Notes under the pieces: model-generated
Database searches by the model: none
Told to the model about the DNA's origin: nothing
The model's input: the letters and a program-made list of their open reading frames with translations, nothing else
Shown here: piece by piece, positions 55,609 to 64,000 of the stretch
How the letters are laid out: each line of letters starts with the position of its first letter
Position numbering within the stretch: the stretch's first letter is position 1
Translations under genes and position numbers: made by a program
Assembly (NCBI GenBank): GCA_951406725.2
Contig: OX597816.1
Coordinates: forward strand, 76,074,001-76,138,000
Direction of reading: 5' to 3'
Length of the DNA stretch: 64,000 bases
From: Octopus vulgaris
Lineage: Eukaryota

Positions 55609-56190
55609 GTAACAGAAAAGAGGAATTTCGGTTGTCCCCACGTGGTGGGTTGTAATGTATACAAGAAATTAAAAAAGGAAAATACGCACACTTACATGGT
55701 TTTAATATAATTTTTAATATATCGACCGGTTTCGCTATCGCTATTCATGATATAGTGTTTAATTCATATGGATATATATTTCTTTCTTAAGAAGAAATTT
55801 GGTCCACGTTGTGTGTGATGAAATTCACGAGTGAATGACTTCACAAGTAGACAAGTAAAGGGAGGTAATTGGTTGTTATTATTGTTATTGTTGTGTGTAA
55901 GGAGATAACTGTTTTGGTAATGGGTGGTGAATAAATATGTGTACAGAAAAGAGACAGGTTTTAAAAAAAGACCTTGTTTAGGAGGGGATTTATGTACAGT
56001 GATGTAATATGTAAAAATATAAAAGTTGGTTATGCGTGCATATTAAGACGTGTTTTGTATTTTTCAATGAAAAAAGTTTCTTTATTTAAGCGTTCTAATT
56101 GAGAGATTGCGTCTTTGCACTGGTAGAAAGAGAAGACTGTAAAATTTGGTTTGATGTTACCTGTACATTTTTTTGTGTTCACTGAAAAGA
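55608..56190 (-). mobile_element. Penelope-like element 3' end (GIY-YIG C-terminus plus pseudo-LTR)
   Basis: CTGNIKPNFTVFSFYQC..ERLNKETFFIEKYKTRLN; degenerate hammerhead at 55718-55754. Confidence 0.75.
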
Positions 56191-57589
56191 ATTTGTCTGT
56201 ATACATATATATTGATAAAACATTTATATATACATTTATATACATCTACGTATATGTGATTATATATGTGTATGTAATTGTGTATGCATATATCTGTATA
56301 TATTGCATACATACGTATATAAACGTGTATAAATAGGTATACGTGTGTATAAATATGTATATATATGTGAATATATACTAATATATATATATATATAAAT
56401 ATATATTCGTATGCATATAGAAAAAGCAATAGTGGTAAATATGTTCATAAATATATTAATTCCATCGTTACAAGCGTCACATCGTTTATTATACTATATA
56501 TATATATATTTGTGTGTGTGTGTGTGTGTATGTATATATGTATGTATATATGTATGTATAGGGATATAACATTAAACAAGATTACATGAAGTAATGAATT
56601 TTTATATGAGAAATAAAATTTAAGCCTTGTAGCAATTTATAGACACCGTAGAATTCCATTGGATATGTGTAATGGAGATTCTCGTGTGGCTAAGTTCAGA
56701 ATTTTTATATTCCCAAACATCTAATTAAACAGAATTTACGCAATACTAAAAATGTTGTTGAGCGATTTGAAGTCATCATGCGGTCTGATAGTCAACAGTA
56801 GATAAACTAAGGATATCAGATGCAAAGATTAATCATAAAGTCACCTATTTTTGAATTAATCTTGGTAATTATATAATTAACTATATTTAACGTCTTTACA
56901 TAGTGTGATGAAAATACATATACACATACACACACACACAAATATATATCCTCTGGTAATTATATGTATTTATATACGATTACGACCATGTGTATGTGTG
57001 TATATATATATGTGTTTATATAGTTGGAATTTACAAAAAACAAACAAAATAAAGGACAAGACTGGTGTGTAAACAACAAACAGATGTATTAGTTTAACGC
57101 TCGGGAATTGAGAAAGTCTTTAACGTTTCGAACCTACGCTCTTCAATAAAAAGAACACAGAAATAAGCAGATAGAGAAAATAAAAAATGGTTTGAGGCTA
57201 GCGATCAATCATGGCAAATGCCGGACAGAGGTTGTCGGACAGGAGAGATAGGAAGAAAGCAAGATAAAAATGGAGGGCTGGGCAAAAAGGAAGGTGCGCG
57301 TGCATTTGTATGTGAGAGTGTGTATGTACGTGTGGATAGGATCTGGTGACCTTGACGTCGGCGTGTGTGCATGTGTAGAAGTGTGGATGATGGAAAGTTG
57401 TCAGTGCTACTGTGTGCGGGGCGGTGGGATGTGGTGTGGTGTGTTGTGGTGGTATATGGTGTGGTGGTATGCGTTGTGTGGTGGTTTTGGGGTGTGGGGG
57501 AGGTGAATGTAGGGGAAGCAGGGGTGAGTATGGGTTGGTGTGTGGGGTGGGAATGTATAGGGGTGGGAATATGTAGGGGTGGGGTTGTT

Positions 57590-57887
57590 GTTTGTTCCTT
57601 CTCCGGCCATGCCTGGCTCATAAGGTCCGGTTTCCCGGTTTTATTGGCGTAGAGGTTCCCACCTGGACGGGACGGCGGTCCGTCGCAGGTGAGCTGCTAG
57701 ATGCAGGAGGAAACAGTGAGAGAAAGTTGTGGCGAAAGTGTCAACAGAAGTTCGCCGTTAACTCCTGGAGCCGTGTGAAGCTTAGGTGTTTCGCTCATAA
57801 ACACACACATCACCCGGTCTGAGATTCGAACACGCAACCCCTCAACCGTGAGTCCGCTGCTTTAACCAATCGGCCATGTGCCTCCAC
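57590..57887 (-). mobile_element. SINE group C (head-2-like + tail-Y-like variant)
   Basis: Reverse-complement head GTGGAGGCACATGGCCGATTGGTTAAAGCAGCGGACTCACGG. Confidence 0.8.
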
Positions 57888-58127
57888 AAATAAATAAATG
57901 CGCTCTTTTTAAAACCTAGCCAGACTCATGGGCCCGGTTTCCCGGTTTCAATGGCGTATGTGTTCCCCAGCTGGACGCCAGTCCATCGCAGCGTTACTCA
58001 TTTTTGCCAACTGAGTGAAATGAAGTGTTTTGCTCAAGAACACAACGTGTCGCTCGGTCCAGGAATCGAAACCACAATCTAACGATCATGGTGCTGACTC
58101 CCTAACCACTAAGCCACGCGCCTCCAC
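57888..58127 (-). mobile_element. SINE group C (head 1 + tail Y)
   Basis: Head resembles 8854-8990; tail resembles 33700-33806. Confidence 0.85.
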
Positions 58128-59344
58128 AAGGGGAGGGGTAATGATGGAGAGTGTGACAATGAAGCGAGAGGGTGGAAGGGAGAAGGTAGGTAGGAGTGAA
58201 GAGAGGAAGTACGTGGCAGAGCAAGAGAGGAGAGGTGGATCGGACTGAAGGGAGGAAATAGATGTGAGAGGAAGACAGAAGAGAGGGGTTAGAGGAAGAG
58301 AGTTGAGCACATGTGTAGCAAAGGAGCGAAGAGAGAAGATTAATTCTTGTTCACGGCGAAGACGGGAGTCCGGATGGCCCCTATGCAAGGACAATCCGAG
58401 CACAATCTTCCACTCGGGTCTCGAAATCGCAGCTCCAAGTCACCACACAAACACAATATGCTGACGTCACTCACCTCCAAGAAAAAATTCGTTGGTCGAA
58501 TTTTATTTTTCTGTGATATTTATGTGTTTGCAACTTAGACTATAATTATTTCTAGCTGTTATTGCACCTATTTTTCAGCTGCATATCAGTTCTAAGAGAG
58601 AAGGGCTATTTTATAAAAGACACGCAATCGTATATGTAGGTACTTATTCATCTCTGTATATGTGTGTACATATTTACACACATACATGTAGTCATATATG
58701 AATATATATATATATGTGTGTATGTGTGTGTATTTGTTTGTGTGTGTGTGTATGTATGTGTGTGTGTGTGTATGTATGTGTGTGTGAGTGTCTACTGCGT
58801 GCGCATGTTTGCATGTTTGTGAAGCTGTGTATGTTCATAATTAATGAATACCAACTATGATCTCGACTTCCATTGCTGACACCCAAAACAAGTTATTGTA
58901 TGTAGACAGCTGTTCTTTGTTATAGTGCTGGAGGTCAGTTCTGATAAATCAGAGCTCCGTGTTTGTATGTCTACGATTGGGTTATGCGCGTGTGTGTCAC
59001 AGTATGAAGATCATTTGTAAGAAAAGATAAGATTTACGTTTATAGTGTAATATGTTCAGCTACTTGACTGAGCAAGGCATTAAATCATCGAGTAAAGTAT
59101 TCCTTTCTCGTTTCTCTTCTTTATTCAGCTGGAGCGAGTACGAGTCGAGCGTTAGTGCAGCGACTTCTTTCTGTAATGGTCAAGATATTCAGCTATTTAA
59201 TGTATGGGAGGGACAAGTGGGTGTCTACGGTCTCCTAGCGACTGCACATGCACCTAATATTAGTAACAAGAGGATGGCACATGCTTCTTAGTCATCCACG
59301 TTTGCGACTGACCGTCAGAGTTATCTATGTATGCATATATATAT

Positions 59345-60825
59345 ATCGGCAATGACACCCCAGTCTCACGCCATTTCCACTCCACCGGTCATTCCTTGCA
59401 ACACCTGTCTGTGTTCGGATTGTCCTTGCACAGAGGCCATCCGGACTCCCGTTTGCGCCGTGAACAGGGATTAATCTTCTCTCTTCGCTTTTTACGCCAT
59501 TTGGGCTCAACTCTCCTCCCCTTTTCATCTAACCTCCTCCCTGACTCCTACTTCTCTTCACTCCTACATCTTTTCACCCCTACTCTCTTTCCCTCTTCTC
59601 CCTTACTCTCTTTCTCTCTTCTATCTTTCTCTCTGCTCCCTCACTCTCTTTCTCTCCTCTCTCCCCTCCCTCCTCCTTCTTCCCATCCATCCCTCCCTCC
59701 TCCGTCTTCCCACCCAACTCTCCTCTCTTGCCCCAACTCCTACTTCTCTTCACTCCTACTTCACTTCACCCCTACTCTCTTTCCCTCTTCTCTCTTACTC
59801 TCTTTCTCTCTTCTCTCCTACTCTCTCTCTTTCTCTCCCCTCCTTCCCTCTTCCCTCATCCTCTCCTCCCCTCCCCTCTTTCCCTCTTCCCTCTTACTCT
59901 CTTACTATCTTTCTCTCTTCTCTCTTTCTCTCATCTCTCTTACTCTCTTTCTCTCTTCTCTCCTACTCTCTCTCTTTCTCTCCCCCTCCTTCCCTCTTCA
60001 CTCATCCTCTCCTCCCCTCCTCTCTTTCCCTCTTTCCCTCTTTCCCTCTTACTCTCTTTCTCTCTTCTCTCTTTCTCTCATCTCTCTCTCCCTTACTCTC
60101 TTCTCTCCTACTCTTTCACCCTCTCTTTCTATCTTCTCTCCTTCACTCTCTCCTCAGACACCCACCTTCCCCCATAAACCCACCCACCCCTACTCCACCA
60201 TCCCTATCCTCCCCCTCCCCCTCCCATCTTTCAAGCCTATCCTCCAACCCTCCCCCACATACCCCACCTCTAGCCCCACCCTCTGCCTACCCACAACCCC
60301 ACTCTACCCCAACCCCCAGCCGAACCCACACCACTCCCGTGCTTTCCCCACTCTCGCCTCCCCCACCTCCTCACAACATCACACCACCACACTACACCTT
60401 ACAACATTACACATCACATCACTACACACCACCCACACACCATCCCCACATCTTCATACCTACACATACATACATACACACCTCCAGACCACCAGCCCTT
60501 TTTCACACGCACATACATACTCTCTTATACACACACGTACCTTTGTGTTGGGGGCTCCTCTGTGTTGGGGTCATCTTTACCTTATTACCTCCCCTACTTT
60601 CCTTCTCCTGTCTGCCCCCTCTGTTTGGCACTAGTCGCCATGATAGATCGTTAGCCACTACACACATTTTTTTCTCTCCTTGTTTTTTTTTTGTGTACCT
60701 TTCTGTAGAAGAGCGTAGGCTCGAAACGTGAAAGACTTTTTATATTCCTGAGCGTTATACTAATACATCTATTTGTTTTGTACACCACCTATCTTCGTCT
60801 TTTGTTTTTTTCGTAGACTTTCCCT
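59345..60825 (+). mobile_element. 5'-truncated Penelope-like element (GIY-YIG C-terminus, long CT-rich tract, pseudo-LTR)
   Basis: GNDTPVSRHFHSTGHSLQHLSVFGLSLHRGHPDSRLRREQGLIFSLR; hammerhead-like motif at 60699-60734. Confidence 0.88.
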
Positions 60826-61201
60826 ATATATATAGTGCGTGCATGTGTGTGTGGTGTCTATATATGCGATTGTGTGTGTGTGTGCATGTGCACACACAAA
60901 CACATATACACATATAGGTAAAAATTGATCCGTGTCTCGTCCAGCTTAACAGAACTTGTCAGGTTAAGTTTTCTTATTACTCTCTGCGGTACCTCAATTC
61001 TCATAAAGTTTCATTTGCTATGTGGAAACCACAAGTGGCAATGTTAGCTATATGTATATATTCATGTATGCATATCAGCCTATCTTTACCGTTTTCAACC
61101 TATATCGCTTTCTGTCTCAGTCACTCTCTCTTGATTCTCTCTTGTTCTCTCTCTCGCTTTCTCTTTCTCTATATATGTATTTATGTACAGGCACACATCG
61201 A

Positions 61202-61234
<33 letters not shown>

Positions 61235-61594
61235 CATTAATTAAATATTTTCTGTTAGAATATTATATAAATAAATAGATTGGTAGATAAAGTAATTAAA
61301 ATACTTTTGATTATAAACATATTTTCACGACATATATTATACATTAAACGATTGATGAATTAGTTTTCTTAGAATTTGAACCTGTACACATTTAACCTAC
61401 AATAAATAGACCTTTACAGATATAATAAAAAAAATTATAATTTAAAATTTAAATTGGTATCTTCCAGTTATACAAATAAAAATTTAATACTAATACTTTT
61501 GACCACGAAAATCAACCTTCTACATCTCAAATATGGAATGCAGGATAAGGGACTGTTTACACAAAATTCTCATGGATTACTAAGATGAACTTAA

Positions 61595-61631
<37 letters not shown>

Positions 61632-61639
61632 AACTCGAA

Positions 61640-62060
61640 ATTTTCTTATCAAAGTCGGATCTTTTCCTTTTGAACGGCAGTTTGTAACATAATTTCTAGG
61701 TAACTAAAAAATTTTGAACTTCGTATACTGGTAGAATGTGTTTATAAAACATCATTTTCTTTTGGATTTATTGAGAAAATTCTATAGGTTGTAACATATT
61801 TCGTCTAACATTTCTTGCATTTCGGCAATTTTAACCAATAAATTACCTCCATTGACGTAAATAATTTCTGTGCATAATGAATATGTCCCTCGTTTAAGAA
61901 ACAGATTGGGTTTATTTACATTTGTGAAGAAAAAAGATACCCTTCCCCCACCCTAACCCTAACTCTAAACCTAAATCTAAAATAGATTGAAATGCAATAG
62001 ATCGATACTAAGGTTATAATTATGGGTGACAATTTCATACGACACCGCTATAAAAAACTT
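61640..62060. mobile_element. Unclassified non-autonomous repeat containing degenerate CCCTAA units
   Basis: TA-adjacent segment with ACCCTAACCCTAACTCTAAACCTAA at 61950-61975; class is a guess. Confidence 0.35.
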
Positions 62061-62221
62061 AGCGCGTGTTAGTTTCATGGGTTTGATTTCTAGGAAAGGC
62101 AACAAATAATAGCCTTGAGACACTCGCTCAAGACGAATATTGCTGTTTAGAAGGCTTTCAATAACATATGCATTCGAAGTAACTATTTATCTGTCTGTCT
62201 GTCTGTCTTTCTATCTATCCA

Positions 62222-62285
<64 letters not shown>

Positions 62286-62585
62286 CACACGGAAATAGCA
62301 GTCAAAACTGAATCTAGGCCCACATCATGTATTCATATTGTACAGGTGAAATTTCTTTCTTCATTTGTCTTTTCACTTGTGCTATATAAATACATGATGA
62401 GGTTCTAGAGTCAATTTTGAGTGCTATTTCCGGCATGGTGGTGCCTCTCCGGTATCCTTAATTATAACTATATTTATATCATTATATATTTATAATAATT
62501 ATTACCTGTACGGTTTTTACATCCTGGCCGCTTGATATGATGGTCTTATATATCTAAATAATGGTCATATATATACATACATATA

Positions 62586-62632
<47 letters not shown>

Positions 62633-63059
62633 CATTTCGCTTAGGCATAGCGAATTTATAATGTTCAAGCATTCAATTTCTGTATATCCATCATTTTTTC
62701 TCATTTAGTACTTTTCACCCTTATATATCAGTCATAATAAACATGTAAAATTTATTTATTTTATAGAAAAACTATTTTCACAGGAAAGTTGGAAAATGGC
62801 GGTGTATTTATTTATGAAATATATGGGAATACATTGTGTTCTGTAGTATAAGATTATCAGAAAAGGGGGTCATATATAGAAATGTCAAAATATGTTATCA
62901 GAATATCCTCATATTAGAAAACAAATAGCAGAAAACATAGTTCAAATAATTTTCAATGTAAGTTTAGCTTTATGAAGTAATCAAGTGGTGGATAAAATCC
63001 CCTTCCTCCCTGTACATATTGGCAATCGCTAAGAGTCTTTCATTGTACCTTATTTGCCG

Positions 63060-63987
<928 letters not shown>

Positions 63988-64000
63988 TTATGTAATAAAT

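Larger units (their letters stand above)
57022..58445 (-). mobile_element. 5'-truncated Penelope-like element with two nested SINEs
   Basis: LGLSLHRGHPDSRLRREQELIFSLRSFATHVLN (GIY-YIG end); pseudo-LTR at 57022-57215 similar to the reverse complement of 60630-60825. Confidence 0.85.

Noticed and set aside
57205-57652. Pro/Thr-rich or Gly/Val-rich ORFs
   Set aside because: Low-complexity 3' region of the PLE copy.
59327-60634. 435-aa ORF as a host gene
   Set aside because: Only the first ~60 aa are meaningful (PLE GIY-YIG end); the rest is an S/L/P read-through of a CT-rich tract that lacks stop codons.
61950-61980. Telomere or interstitial telomeric array
   Set aside because: Only two perfect CCCTAA units, embedded in a longer segment.

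Overview
AT-rich, repeat-saturated eukaryotic intergenic or intronic DNA. No host protein-coding gene can be supported. The tRNA-headed SINE families and dense (TA)n/(CA)n/(TATC)n/(TAA)n tracts suggest a cephalopod (Octopus-like) genome; this is an inference from repeat content. Nearly all long ORFs in the track are microsatellite artefacts. The real coding remnants are decayed transposable elements: Penelope-like elements (RT and GIY-YIG pieces), R4/Dong-like REL LINE ends, CR1-like, RTE-like and Tx1/L1-like LINE pieces, and mariner, maT-like and rosa-like Tc1/mariner transposons. The most notable signal is a set of type-I hammerhead ribozyme motifs in about five unrelated sequence contexts. 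One canonical-looking hammerhead (46557-46621, minus strand) lies in a 507-bp, apparently non-coding, head-to-tail unit with a Penelope-style inversion, making it a candidate retrozyme or self-cleaving circular RNA element. Other points of interest are SINE/LINE tail sharing with covarying stem-loops, head/tail shuffling among SINEs, and a same-strand cluster of (TAA)n-associated R4/Dong-like ends. All coordinates and translations were read by eye and are approximate.
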